In this document: positions 49,285-59,029 of the stretch, one piece after another
Position numbering within the stretch: the stretch's first letter is position 1
Layout of the letters: each line of letters begins with the position of its first letter
Source: an uncultured virus (IMG/VR IMGVR_UViG_3300021400_005359)
Lineage: Duplodnaviria > Heunggongvirae > Uroviricota > Caudoviricetes
Reading direction: 5' to 3' (one strand)
IMG/VR virus record: IMGVR_UViG_3300021400_005359
DNA length: 64,000 nucleotides
The notes under the pieces: generated by a model
Told to the model about the DNA's origin: nothing
Seen by the model: only the letters and a program-made list of their open reading frames with translations
The model's database searches: none
Translations under genes and position numbers: made by a program

Positions 49285-49557
49285 ATGGAATTAACAAAAG
49301 AACAGAGAACTAAAAAGATAGAAGATGCAGAAAAGATGGTAAGAGAGGCTGAAGCTTTAAGAACAGCTTCTCTTACAATGAAAGCTCAATATGAGAAAGA
49401 TTTAAAAGCTTGTGAAGAAGAGCTTGCAAAGCTTGGAACAACTCCAGAAGAAGTTGATAATAAAATTAAAGAAGTTTCTGAAGAAATGGATACTCTTTTG
49501 AAAGAAGTAGAAGAGAACTTACCTATAGATTTATTAAGAAAAATGGGAAAGATTTAA
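49285..49557 (+). CDS. Small coiled-coil protein of the split-Rad50 operon
   Basis: MELTKEQ...LG.TPEE...I; ATG sits immediately after the IS right end. Confidence 0.75.
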   Translation: MELTKEQRTKKIEDAEKMVREAEALRTASLTMKAQYEKDLKACEEELAKLGTTPEEVDNKIKEVSEEMDTLLKEVEENLPIDLLRKMGKI

Positions 49558-49560
49558 AAT

Positions 49561-49983
49561 ATGTCTAGAACAAAAGATTTTAAAAAGATGAAAGAACTCA
49601 AAAAAGAAATAAATACATATTCAAAAGGAAAGAAGGAACAAGACCAAAAGATTTTAGATAGTATGAATTATAGGAAAGCTTTAGCTACAACAAGTAAATG
49701 GGTAATTCTAATATCTGTAATCCTTTGTATTGTTGCTTTAATTGTTATGTGGTTTATTACAAAAACAAATATCCTTGCCTTAAAAGAAGGAACTCTTAAA
49801 GGATATTTAAATGTAGTTGATTATGTATTTTTATTCTTTTTATTTGATGTCGGTCTTAGCTTTACAATCACTGGTTTTAGAAAAATTCCTAAAGCCTATA
49901 AGAAAAAGACAATTATTACAGGTATAGAAGTTATTGTTTTTACAATATTTCTAGGTCTTATATTTACAGGAGTTTTGTTATGA
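49561..49983 (+). CDS. Three-TM membrane protein
   Basis: Three hydrophobic segments; tightly packed in the operon. Confidence 0.7.
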   Translation: MSRTKDFKKMKELKKEINTYSKGKKEQDQKILDSMNYRKALATTSKWVILISVILCIVALIVMWFITKTNILALKEGTLKGYLNVVDYVFLFFLFDVGLSFTITGFRKIPKAYKKKTIITGIEVIVFTIFLGLIFTGVLL

Positions 49984-50642
49984 ATATAGAAGAATTAAAC
50001 AATTTATATCAAGAACTAAATAAAGAATATATAGAAAAAACAGCTATTCAAAAGAAACTAAAGAAAGACTTAGAAGACGAAACAGAAAAAATAAAATCTT
50101 TTGAAAAAGACATTGAAATCTATGAAAAGAAAAAGAAATTAATTCAAGATGCTGCATCAGAAGCTAGAAAGTTCTCAAAAGAAATGTTTGAAGAAACATC
50201 TACAGAAGCTCTCCAAACAATTCTTGGAGATAATTTATCTGTAGAAATAAAGCTTGGAGAAACAGCAGGAACTCAAACTGCAGACTTTTTAGTAAAAGCA
50301 AAATATGAAGATGACAGCGAAGTAATTGTTGACCCAACGAATGAAGATGGTGGAGGAGTAGCAGATATTATTGCTCTTGCTTCTCTTATAAGTATGAATT
50401 CATTCGTTTCAGATGAGAATTCAGCACCACTCGTTCTTGATGAACCAACTAAATATGTTTCAAAAGGAAATGCAAAAGATGTAGCTCTTTTCCTTTCAGA
50501 AACAAGTAAAAATATGGGTAAACAAATTATAATGGTAACACACGATGGAGTTTCAAAAGATTATGCTGATAAAGCATATAGAATAGCTCTTGATGAAAAT
50601 GGAAATAGTAAATCAGAAGATATAACAAAAAAAGAGGCTTAA
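49980..50642 (+). CDS. C-terminal half of an SbcC/Rad50-like ABC ATPase
   Basis: Coiled coil, signature-like EDGGG, Walker B LVLDEP, H-loop VTHD; no Walker A. Confidence 0.85.
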   Translation: MNIEELNNLYQELNKEYIEKTAIQKKLKKDLEDETEKIKSFEKDIEIYEKKKKLIQDAASEARKFSKEMFEETSTEALQTILGDNLSVEIKLGETAGTQTADFLVKAKYEDDSEVIVDPTNEDGGGVADIIALASLISMNSFVSDENSAPLVLDEPTKYVSKGNAKDVALFLSETSKNMGKQIIMVTHDGVSKDYADKAYRIALDENGNSKSEDITKKEA

Positions 50643-50653
50643 AAGCCTCTTTT

Positions 50654-50797
50654 TTAATTGTCAAATTGGCTATATACAGAAGAATAATCAGAGCCCTGTG
50701 AATTTGTAAAATCACTGGAAGTATCTCTTAATAAATATCCTCTAATAGCAAACCAACATATGAAAATTATAGCCAAAAATATCATAACCTTTTTCAT
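50654..50797 (-). CDS. Small membrane protein (47 aa, below the ORF-track cutoff)
   Basis: GGAG RBS; MKKVMIFLAIIFICWFAIRGYLLRDTSSDFTNSQGSDYSSVYSQFDN; ends at the shared terminator. Confidence 0.6.
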   Translation of the reverse strand: MKKVMIFLAIIFICWFAIRGYLLRDTSSDFTNSQGSDYSSVYSQFDN

Positions 50798-50894
50798 AAC
50801 AATCTCCAAATCTAAAAATCAATAAGTTTATATAAGTTATTATATAATATATAAACACAAAAAGAAAATATTAAATTAAGGAGATTTAAAAAAT

Positions 50895-51605
50895 ATGGCT
50901 TTAATGATTTTAATAATTTTTCTTATATCAACAATTGGCTTTATATTTATGATTAAAAACACATTAAACAACTTTAATACAATAAAAAATATGGAAATAG
51001 AAAATTTCTTAAAAGACCAAAAAGAAGTCTTAGATTTCGATTTAACATCAATTAAAAATATAGACGAGTATTATAACAAAGGAATTCTTCCATATTCTGA
51101 TTATTCTCATTCTGAAGGTATTGTACAATATAAAATAAATGATACAATGTGTGTTTCTTCAAATGTTTTGTTGCAATATAAACAAAACGAACATTTAGAG
51201 GATGGTTTCTACACAGATATTTTAAAAGGTCAAATATATATAATCTATAAAGAAACAGAAATAGAAGACTCTATAAAGATAACTTCAAACGAGTATACTA
51301 AACTGTTTAACAATGTGAAAAATTTTGAAAACGAAGAAAAAATTGATACTTCAAGTATAAATTTATCTCAAAATTTTAATATATATACAGGAAATAAAAT
51401 AGAAGCCTTTAAATATTTAAGTCCTGAAAAAATAGAAATTTTAAACAACATAGAAACAAAATATGGATTTGCAAATATATTAATTGAAAAAGATGAAATA
51501 ACTGTTCTTATAAAATCAAATAAATATATGTTAAATTCAGAAAACGACTATATAAATGACTTTCAACAAATAAAAGAAATTTTAAATGATTTAACAAGAT
51601 TATAA
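50895..51605 (+). CDS. Membrane-anchored protein, DUF3137-like
   Basis: N-terminal TM; F..Y..N.IEAFKYLSP..IE motif. Confidence 0.55.
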   Translation: MALMILIIFLISTIGFIFMIKNTLNNFNTIKNMEIENFLKDQKEVLDFDLTSIKNIDEYYNKGILPYSDYSHSEGIVQYKINDTMCVSSNVLLQYKQNEHLEDGFYTDILKGQIYIIYKETEIEDSIKITSNEYTKLFNNVKNFENEEKIDTSSINLSQNFNIYTGNKIEAFKYLSPEKIEILNNIETKYGFANILIEKDEITVLIKSNKYMLNSENDYINDFQQIKEILNDLTRL

Positions 51606-51633
51606 AAAAAGAAGAGCCAAAAGGCTCTTCTTT

Positions 51634-51972
51634 TTATCTAAAGAAAAAATTATCTTTGTAATTTTCTTCAAGCTCTCTCATATTCTTTTCAATTTCCCTA
51701 TTTTTCTCAATTTCTAAAATTAAAGAATCAGGAGAAAAACCTGTCTCAGCTTTTTTATTAATTAAAGATTCTCTTTCACTTAAAAAATCTAAAACTTCAG
51801 ACTTCTTAAATAAAGAATCTTTAATCTCTTCAAAAGGAAGAGTATTTAGTACAATTTTCTTATCATCATCAAAAACAATAGCATCAGTAAAATAAGCCCT
51901 ACCCATTACATCTACTTCTAAAAGCATTTTAAATTTTAATTCGTCTTTCTTAAAAAAAATTCTTTTTTCCAT
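51634..51972 (-). CDS. Hypothetical protein downstream of herA
   Basis: AAGGAG RBS; co-oriented with the HerA-like gene. Confidence 0.65.
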   Translation of the reverse strand: MEKRIFFKKDELKFKMLLEVDVMGRAYFTDAIVFDDDKKIVLNTLPFEEIKDSLFKKSEVLDFLSERESLINKKAETGFSPDSLILEIEKNREIEKNMRELEENYKDNFFFR

Positions 51973-51983
51973 ATAAAAACTCC

Positions 51984-53876
51984 TTAATTAAAATCCATCT
52001 CTTCAGCAAAATCATCAAGATTTGCATCAGACACTTCTTTATTTTTAATACTATATTCTACTGAAAAACCAAAGCCAACTTCACTAATAATGCCCTCATC
52101 AACAAGTTTTTTAAGCTCAGCCTTAATTTCTTTCGTACTCTTTAATGTTCCCGAAATTGAAGAATAATTAGATGAAAGAGTATTAAAATCTGCACTCTTA
52201 AAAGGAAGAGCAGAAATTAAAAAGTCTCTAAATGTATCTTTTGTGTCAGCAGCTTTCAAAGTTTTAAGTTCATCAAATACATTTATAACAGTCTTAGGCT
52301 TTGTATAATTAGACCTAAATTTAATAGACATAGCTGATTTAGTTTTAAGGATTGGACTAACAATATAACCTGTACCAGTTTCAAGAAGATGAAGTCTATT
52401 AAGCTCAGCTTCTGAAAGTCCACATTCTGTCTCAATAATCTTTTTATCAGATTCTTGAGTTATCCTTAGAATAACTTTAGTAGACATCTGAGAAAGAATA
52501 GTTGTATCAAGCTCTGAAACCCTCTGAGTTGCAATAATCAAAAACATACCATATTTTCTACCTTCTCTAGCTATATCAGATAAAGGCTTTTTAAGAGGTG
52601 TCTTGTTTTCATTAGAAAATTTAGGACAATAAATATGGGCCTCATCAATAATTGTAACCATAGGAGGAAATTCTTCAGGAGAAATACCATCTTTAAAATC
52701 TTTTCTCTTCTTCCATAAAGCTCCAATTATATATGCCATAATAGGAGCAACCATATCATATTCTCCACGTACAATTACAACATTTTTATTCTTAATTGCA
52801 TTAATTATGCAATCAAAATCTTTTCTAAAATACCCTCTTTTACTAAAAGCGTGAAGCTTAGCATTTAGAGCAGTTACAACAGATGCTGAGGATATTCTAT
52901 TCCCAAATCTATCAATAAGAGTTTGTTCGTCTGGGGTATAAGTAACCTTTCCTCCATTTTTTGCATCTCTTTTCTGAAGAGCAGAAGCAAGCTTTTCAAC
53001 ATTGTTTACAAAAGTTTCAAAAGATTCTGCTTGAGAAACTCTTATTTCATCTATAGCAAGCTCCTGTGGTTCAGAAAGTGTAGAAACATTTCTCATAAAA
53101 GCCTTAAAGTTTTCATTAGAAAGGTCTGTAAATCTTAAACCGAAATCTTTACCAGCTTCAAAAACCTTTACATTACTTGCAAAATCATATTTATATTCAT
53201 TTGGAAGACCATCAATAAAATCTGAAAAATCAAATTCATTATGTGGGTCAAAAAGAATACCAGGAATCCCGTGAATAATAAGTTCTTCAACAAAAGTCTT
53301 TAAAGTAAAACTTTTACCAGAACCAGAATTTCCGAAAATTCCAATATTAGGATTTTGCTGCATTTTCTTATAGTCAAAAAGAATAGGGAGATTTGCCTGA
53401 GCAGTAAGCTTCCAATCTTTACTCATATATAATACATTTTTATACTTATTTTGAGTAAGTTTCGAATAATTTTCTTCTGTTCCTCTAATTTCTCCTAAAA
53501 TCAAATTATCATCAGAATTTGTATACAAATAATCATACATTTCGTCTTCTGTCGCAGGAATTGCAACAGCAGTTGGAGAAATGGATGTAATAAGTTCTTT
53601 TTCTATTTCAACATCGGCATAATAAAAAACCCCATCAGGAGAGAAATTACAAGATTCTGCAGCCTTAAAAATAGCTACATTATCAATATCTCTTAATTTT
53701 CTACAAGAATAAGTTGTAGAAATTTTACAAATAGGGTTAGAATTCTCTTCATCTAAAATTTTATAGAAAGCATACTTTTTAAAGGATTTTGAGTTGTTTA
53801 TAAGAATAACTCTGTCACTTCCTTTTAATTTACTTTCTATTGAAATTACATATATTGGTGTATTTTTTTCTTCCAT
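51984..53876 (-). CDS. HerA/FtsK-superfamily ATPase (DUF87)
   Basis: GNSGSGKS, FDPHNEF, IIDEAH, IAREGRKYG, IATQR..ELD.TILSQ; N-terminal barrel-like region and wHTH-like tail. Confidence 0.85.
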   Translation of the reverse strand: MEEKNTPIYVISIESKLKGSDRVILINNSKSFKKYAFYKILDEENSNPICKISTTYSCRKLRDIDNVAIFKAAESCNFSPDGVFYYADVEIEKELITSISPTAVAIPATEDEMYDYLYTNSDDNLILGEIRGTEENYSKLTQNKYKNVLYMSKDWKLTAQANLPILFDYKKMQQNPNIGIFGNSGSGKSFTLKTFVEELIIHGIPGILFDPHNEFDFSDFIDGLPNEYKYDFASNVKVFEAGKDFGLRFTDLSNENFKAFMRNVSTLSEPQELAIDEIRVSQAESFETFVNNVEKLASALQKRDAKNGGKVTYTPDEQTLIDRFGNRISSASVVTALNAKLHAFSKRGYFRKDFDCIINAIKNKNVVIVRGEYDMVAPIMAYIIGALWKKRKDFKDGISPEEFPPMVTIIDEAHIYCPKFSNENKTPLKKPLSDIAREGRKYGMFLIIATQRVSELDTTILSQMSTKVILRITQESDKKIIETECGLSEAELNRLHLLETGTGYIVSPILKTKSAMSIKFRSNYTKPKTVINVFDELKTLKAADTKDTFRDFLISALPFKSADFNTLSSNYSSISGTLKSTKEIKAELKKLVDEGIISEVGFGFSVEYSIKNKEVSDANLDDFAEEMDFN

Positions 53877-54015
53877 TAAAAAAACTCCTTTTTCATTAAT
53901 TCTAAAATATCATAAAATACATAAAAAAACAATAAATAATACAAAAATTTATAATTGTAAACAGTTAAAATTATCGTACTCATAAGAAAATTATATTAAA
54001 ATAAAAGAAAAAAAT

Positions 54016-54768
54016 TTGAAAAAAGGAAAAATTATGACAACTTTTTTATTGAAATTTTTAGCACTTATTTTTATGGTTGTAGACCACGTAGGATACTTTT
54101 TTATGGGGGCAACAGAATATTACGAAACATTTAGATGTTTAGGAAGAATAGCTTTTCCCATATTTATGTTTTTAGTAATTGTTGGAGCAATAAAAACCTC
54201 AAATAAAAAGAAGTATTTAACACGTCTTGCAATATTTTCAGGTATAACATTTATTGGAAATCATTTATTAATGCTATGGTTTAATAACTCTTGGAAAATA
54301 GATAGCAATATTTTCTTAACTATGTTTTTAAATGCGTTTATTGTTTGTTTGATTGAAAATAGAAAGAATATAAAGAAAATTTTAATAGTTTTAGGAATTA
54401 TTATAAGCACAGTTTTAATTCACTTTGTTGACTATGGATATTTATCTTTAACAATATCTATTGCTTATTATTTATACATAAAAAATCCAAAGAATTTATC
54501 AAAAGTAAAAAACAATTTATTATTCCTAATATATGGAAGCTTATCAATGATAATTGGAACATTTATTAATTATTGGGGAAGCGAAACTGTAATTGCTATG
54601 CAACTCTTTATGCTTTTAAGCCTTCCTCTTATAATGATGTATAATGGAAAACTTGGATTAGAAAAGAATACATTCTTTTATAAATTTCAAAAATATTTCT
54701 TTTATATTTTTTATATAACACACATATGGATATTCTATATAATAAATTTTGTAAGACTTGGAGGTTAA
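54016..54768 (+). CDS. traX: TraX-family membrane protein (pilin acetyltransferase-like)
   Basis: LK.LALIFMVVDH, GRIAFPIF, Y..RL, NIFLT, DYG, YNGK.G, KYFFY.FY..H. Confidence 0.88.
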   Translation: MKKGKIMTTFLLKFLALIFMVVDHVGYFFMGATEYYETFRCLGRIAFPIFMFLVIVGAIKTSNKKKYLTRLAIFSGITFIGNHLLMLWFNNSWKIDSNIFLTMFLNAFIVCLIENRKNIKKILIVLGIIISTVLIHFVDYGYLSLTISIAYYLYIKNPKNLSKVKNNLLFLIYGSLSMIIGTFINYWGSETVIAMQLFMLLSLPLIMMYNGKLGLEKNTFFYKFQKYFFYIFYITHIWIFYIINFVRLGG

Positions 54769-54769
54769 T

Positions 54770-55477
54770 ATGTCTTTATTACCAAAAAATATAGATAAAA
54801 GTTGGAACAACTTTTTAACAGAAGATGTTCTAAAAGAATTAGACATTATAGAAGAAAAAATAGGAACAGAATTTTTTCCTAGAAAAGAAGAAATTTTAAG
54901 ATTTATGTCAATTGATTTAAATAATTTAAAATATATAATAGTTGGAATGGAACCTTATCCATCAAGTTTTGAAAAGGATGGAATTATCTACCCAGAAGCA
55001 ACTGGTAGAAGTTTTGAAGTAAGAAACTTACTTGATAAAACTTGGAGTGATAAATTCAAACAATCATCCCTTAGAAACATTTTAAAAACTATTTATTATA
55101 ATGAAACAGGAGAAATAATTTCTCTTGAAGAATTAAGAAAAAAGATAGAAGATAAATCATTTAAAATATATAATCCAAAAGATTTCTTTGAAAACATAGA
55201 ATCTCAAGGAGTTATGTTTTTAAATGCAACTCTAACTGTAAAACCTTACACAGTAGATTCTCATAAGAAAATATGGGAAACATTTATGATAAAACTAATA
55301 AACTATATAGAAGAAAACTCAAAATGCGTTTGGGTATTATGGGGAAAACCTGCACAAGATAGATTTATCCCTGTAATAAAAAACAAATACATAACAAGTT
55401 GTCATCCAAGACTTAATGATTTTATAAAAGAAAATTCTCTTGGAAAAATGGAAGGCATTAGATTTGTTAAAAGTTAA
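54770..55477 (+). CDS. ung: Uracil-DNA glycosylase family 1-like
   Basis: GMEPYP, ATG..F, SLRNI, QGV.FLN..LTV, SH...W, LWG..AQ, HP. Confidence 0.82.
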   Translation: MSLLPKNIDKSWNNFLTEDVLKELDIIEEKIGTEFFPRKEEILRFMSIDLNNLKYIIVGMEPYPSSFEKDGIIYPEATGRSFEVRNLLDKTWSDKFKQSSLRNILKTIYYNETGEIISLEELRKKIEDKSFKIYNPKDFFENIESQGVMFLNATLTVKPYTVDSHKKIWETFMIKLINYIEENSKCVWVLWGKPAQDRFIPVIKNKYITSCHPRLNDFIKENSLGKMEGIRFVKS

Positions 55478-55539
55478 TATTTAAAATTATAAGCATATTA
55501 TATTAATATAAAAATATTGTCCTGAAAGGAGTAAATAAT

Positions 55540-56073
55540 ATGTTTTTAATTTTATTAATTATTATTGCTCTCATTATTTTCTTTGTTGTAGTGATGAACA
55601 CAATAAAGAGATATGAAGTAAAAGTAAAAGAATCTCAAGCTGATTTAGAAGTTTATTTAATAAAAAGATATGATGTTTTAACAGAATCTTTAAAGGTTGC
55701 TAAGGGATATGCAAAACACGAGTCCGAACTTATGGTAAAACTTCTTGAAACAAGAAAAGGAATGACTGTAAAAGAAACTCAAGATGTTTTAAATAACCAA
55801 ATAGAAGTTTTTGATAAACTTTTTGCTGTTGCTGAAAATTATCCAGACCTTTATTCTAATGAACTATATCAAAATCTTCAAAGTCAGATTGAATCAACAA
55901 ATGCAGATGTTGCGGCTTCTAAAAGACTTTACAATGCAAATGTTTCAATTTATAATCAGACAATTGTAACTTTCCCAAATTCAATTGTTGCAAAAATTTT
56001 AAGGAAAAATGAAAAAGAATTCTTAAAAGAAGATAAGATAAAAGAAAAAGAAGATGTTTCTTTAGACGTATAA
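55540..56073 (+). CDS. lemA: LemA family protein
   Basis: N-terminal TM, L.KRYD, KGYAKHE, AVAENYPDL, R.YN..V..YN....FP. Confidence 0.92.
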   Translation: MFLILLIIIALIIFFVVVMNTIKRYEVKVKESQADLEVYLIKRYDVLTESLKVAKGYAKHESELMVKLLETRKGMTVKETQDVLNNQIEVFDKLFAVAENYPDLYSNELYQNLQSQIESTNADVAASKRLYNANVSIYNQTIVTFPNSIVAKILRKNEKEFLKEDKIKEKEDVSLDV

Positions 56074-56095
56074 AAAATAGAGAGGTTTAACCTCT

Positions 56096-57463
56096 CTATT
56101 TTTTTGCCATTTTATCAATTAATGCAAATATTTGTTTTTCTGTAAGTTTTCTTCTATTTGAAACAAGTTCTAAAGATTCTAAAGGATTTGTTTCAAACAT
56201 ATCAAGGAATAACTCAACTTTTTGTTCTGGGAGCTTATATTCACTAGCCATAAGCTTATTTGTTGTAATCCAATTATAATTTTTTATTTTAAAATTATCT
56301 GCTTTTACTGGAATTCCAAGGTCTTTCATTTTCCTAAGTCTTTCAATATAAAGATAAGGAAGAAGTCCTTTTTCTTCTACTATTGAAACATTTTCTTTTA
56401 AGAAGATATGGAAAAACTCCAAATATTCAACTCTAAAGAAATCTTTCAAAATAGGGTCCTTTTCTTTATGATAATAAGTATCGAAATATTTATAATCATA
56501 AGGAAAATCCTTAGGTCTTGTAGGATTGTCAATTATACTATTTAAAAGTTTTAAAATACTTAAAGCCTCAGCAATTGTAAGCATATGATTAGAAACATAA
56601 TGTTTTATAAGATTTACGCTTTCTTCAATGTAACTACCTTCATAAGAAAGAGATATTACTTTAATGTAATCACAAAGAAGATTGGTTGCAGATGTTCTAT
56701 ACCCATATGAATATAAATCCTTTTGCCCTTTTTCTTTTTCATATATAGTATAAAGATAATAATTTAATATATCCATATGAGAAATATCTTTAGAAACTCT
56801 ATCTAAAAAATAATCTTTAAAACTTTTATAAGAAGAAAATCTTGTTTCATCTAAACAATAAGCTATTAAATATGGATATTGAAAAATTGTTGGGTCTTTA
56901 TATATTTGAGGATATTTATACTCAAAATTTAAAGTCATCTCAACAGCAGAAATATCCGAATGAAAAACTTCTAACTTTTCAAACCAAAAAGAATATTCTT
57001 TGTAAAAAACCCACTCTTTAAAACATTTCTTTATGAATTTATAAAAACCAAAATCATTGTATCTAAAAGGAAATCCAGATATTTTTTCAAAGCCATCTTT
57101 AGAAATAATAAAAGAATCATTTTTATAATATTCTGCTACCATCTCCTTTGGATATCCTTTTGATGTATCAAATTTTAAATATTCATATCCAACAATAAGT
57201 TTTCCATCTTTATTTCCTTCTCTGTCAACTTCCTTTTTACAAAAGAACTTAATATTTTGAGCAGAATTATCATATTCAAAATGTTCTGTTACAGGGTTTC
57301 CGCATTCACACCTATCCTTTATCCCAGCATAAGCTTTTCCGCAAGAACAATATGTTCTGCTAAGAGTTTTGTTTATAAAAAGACTAAAAGCAGGGACTTT
57401 ACAGCCTTTAAATTTCTCTATTTTATCATAACTATTTATTTTTCTATAATTTTGAACAGCCAT
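56096..57463 (-). CDS. Hypothetical protein with an N-terminal Cys cluster, partner of the PcfJ-like gene
   Basis: CSCG...CECG; GAGGAG RBS overlapping the upstream stop. Confidence 0.7.
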   Translation of the reverse strand: MAVQNYRKINSYDKIEKFKGCKVPAFSLFINKTLSRTYCSCGKAYAGIKDRCECGNPVTEHFEYDNSAQNIKFFCKKEVDREGNKDGKLIVGYEYLKFDTSKGYPKEMVAEYYKNDSFIISKDGFEKISGFPFRYNDFGFYKFIKKCFKEWVFYKEYSFWFEKLEVFHSDISAVEMTLNFEYKYPQIYKDPTIFQYPYLIAYCLDETRFSSYKSFKDYFLDRVSKDISHMDILNYYLYTIYEKEKGQKDLYSYGYRTSATNLLCDYIKVISLSYEGSYIEESVNLIKHYVSNHMLTIAEALSILKLLNSIIDNPTRPKDFPYDYKYFDTYYHKEKDPILKDFFRVEYLEFFHIFLKENVSIVEEKGLLPYLYIERLRKMKDLGIPVKADNFKIKNYNWITTNKLMASEYKLPEQKVELFLDMFETNPLESLELVSNRRKLTEKQIFALIDKMAKK

Positions 57464-57474
57464 AAATTATCTCC

Positions 57475-58875
57475 TCATTTTTTAATTTCCTTAAGCCACT
57501 TATCAATAGCTTTCTTAGGAATTCCATCAACATCTTCGTTAAAAGCTTTTTTAGCTTCAATTAGATTATAGTTTTCATCTATATCAATAGTTATAAAAGA
57601 TTTATTGGGACTTTCTTTTTCTCTTAAAAATACAACTCTAGACAATTCATTAATAATTCTATCAGAATAACTCCCTACGCAGTGATGAAGGTCTGTTCCT
57701 TCCTCAACTATATCTTTAATACAAGTAGGAACTTTAAATATGTACTCTTTTATAATATCTTCTCCCTTTTCATTTTTATCTTTTACAGTAATAAGTTTCT
57801 CAACATTTTTATACTTGTTGACACTCGCCATAAATTTCTTTTCAAGCTCAGGAGAATCTACAGATAAAGATAAAACATTCTTAGACAAAATATCGTGTTG
57901 TCTTTTAAGCTGAGAAGGATATTTATCTATTTTTACTCCATACTTATCTGCCATCTTAATATAATCAGCAAGAAACATAGCTTCGTTATAAGGAAAACCA
58001 AAAGGCGGATTTTCTGTAAAATACAAATTCTGTCTAAGAAGATAATTTAAAAGGTCTGTAATCTTATAGCCTCTTTCTAGACAATCACTAATATCTGATA
58101 AAAACTTCTTCATAACGGCTGGTCTATCTTTAACAGGAACATTGTGTTTAAAAATTATTGATAATTTATCAATAAAACTAAAAATAATCTTTAAACTATT
58201 TCCATCTATCTTTTTAGATATATTCTTTATCTCAGAAATACTTCCTTCAAGGTCTAAATCCTTAATAATAGGAAGAGCAAATTTAGGAATACCAAGAGAA
58301 ACACTAAGTTTAGAAGCTTCTTCCATAGAAAAACTCTTAGAAGACAAATTTGCCTCTAAAATAGAACAGGAATCACTTGTAATAATTTTTTCATATTCCA
58401 AATAATTAAAAACAAGCAAATTATAAAAATTTGTCATAGTAGTTCTATACAAAACACCTGTATCTATATGGACTTTTAAATACTTTGGAGTATCTTTTAG
58501 ATGATTCGAAATATTTTCATTAAGAGAAATAATCTTTTCAAAAAACTTGAAAAACTCATAATAAAAATTATCGTCACCTTTTATAAAATCATCTGAAATA
58601 AATTTATCTCCAAAACCCTTAAAAGTCTTTTTATTAAAAGAAACTCTCTTACTGAATTTTTCAGTAAATACAGCCTCTTCTTCATTTAAATCAAAAATAA
58701 TATGACCTAAATCTATATGATAAAAATCTTCATCTTCACTAAATTTACAAATATCCAAAACATCTTGAGGAATAGAAGAAACATCTTTAATTGGAATTTT
58801 TACTGTATCAACAGAAAAAGGATATTTATTTGAGGAATAAAATTTTCCATTATAATTTACTTTTAATAATTTCAA
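57475..58875 (-). CDS. PcfJ-like domain protein
   Basis: DYIKMA...YPSQLKRQHD...EEG..LHHCVGSY...FLR....P..SFITI. Confidence 0.85.
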   Translation of the reverse strand: MKLLKVNYNGKFYSSNKYPFSVDTVKIPIKDVSSIPQDVLDICKFSEDEDFYHIDLGHIIFDLNEEEAVFTEKFSKRVSFNKKTFKGFGDKFISDDFIKGDDNFYYEFFKFFEKIISLNENISNHLKDTPKYLKVHIDTGVLYRTTMTNFYNLLVFNYLEYEKIITSDSCSILEANLSSKSFSMEEASKLSVSLGIPKFALPIIKDLDLEGSISEIKNISKKIDGNSLKIIFSFIDKLSIIFKHNVPVKDRPAVMKKFLSDISDCLERGYKITDLLNYLLRQNLYFTENPPFGFPYNEAMFLADYIKMADKYGVKIDKYPSQLKRQHDILSKNVLSLSVDSPELEKKFMASVNKYKNVEKLITVKDKNEKGEDIIKEYIFKVPTCIKDIVEEGTDLHHCVGSYSDRIINELSRVVFLREKESPNKSFITIDIDENYNLIEAKKAFNEDVDGIPKKAIDKWLKEIKK

Positions 58876-59029
58876 TGAGTTTTACCTCCAATTTTTATAA
58901 ATATATTATACCATAAAACCACTAAAAATCAAAGAAAAACAACTAAAATCATAGAATATCAATATTAAAATATTGAAAAATTTTCAAAAAAAATATAAAC
59001 TATAGATATAGAATGAAAGGATTTTTTTT

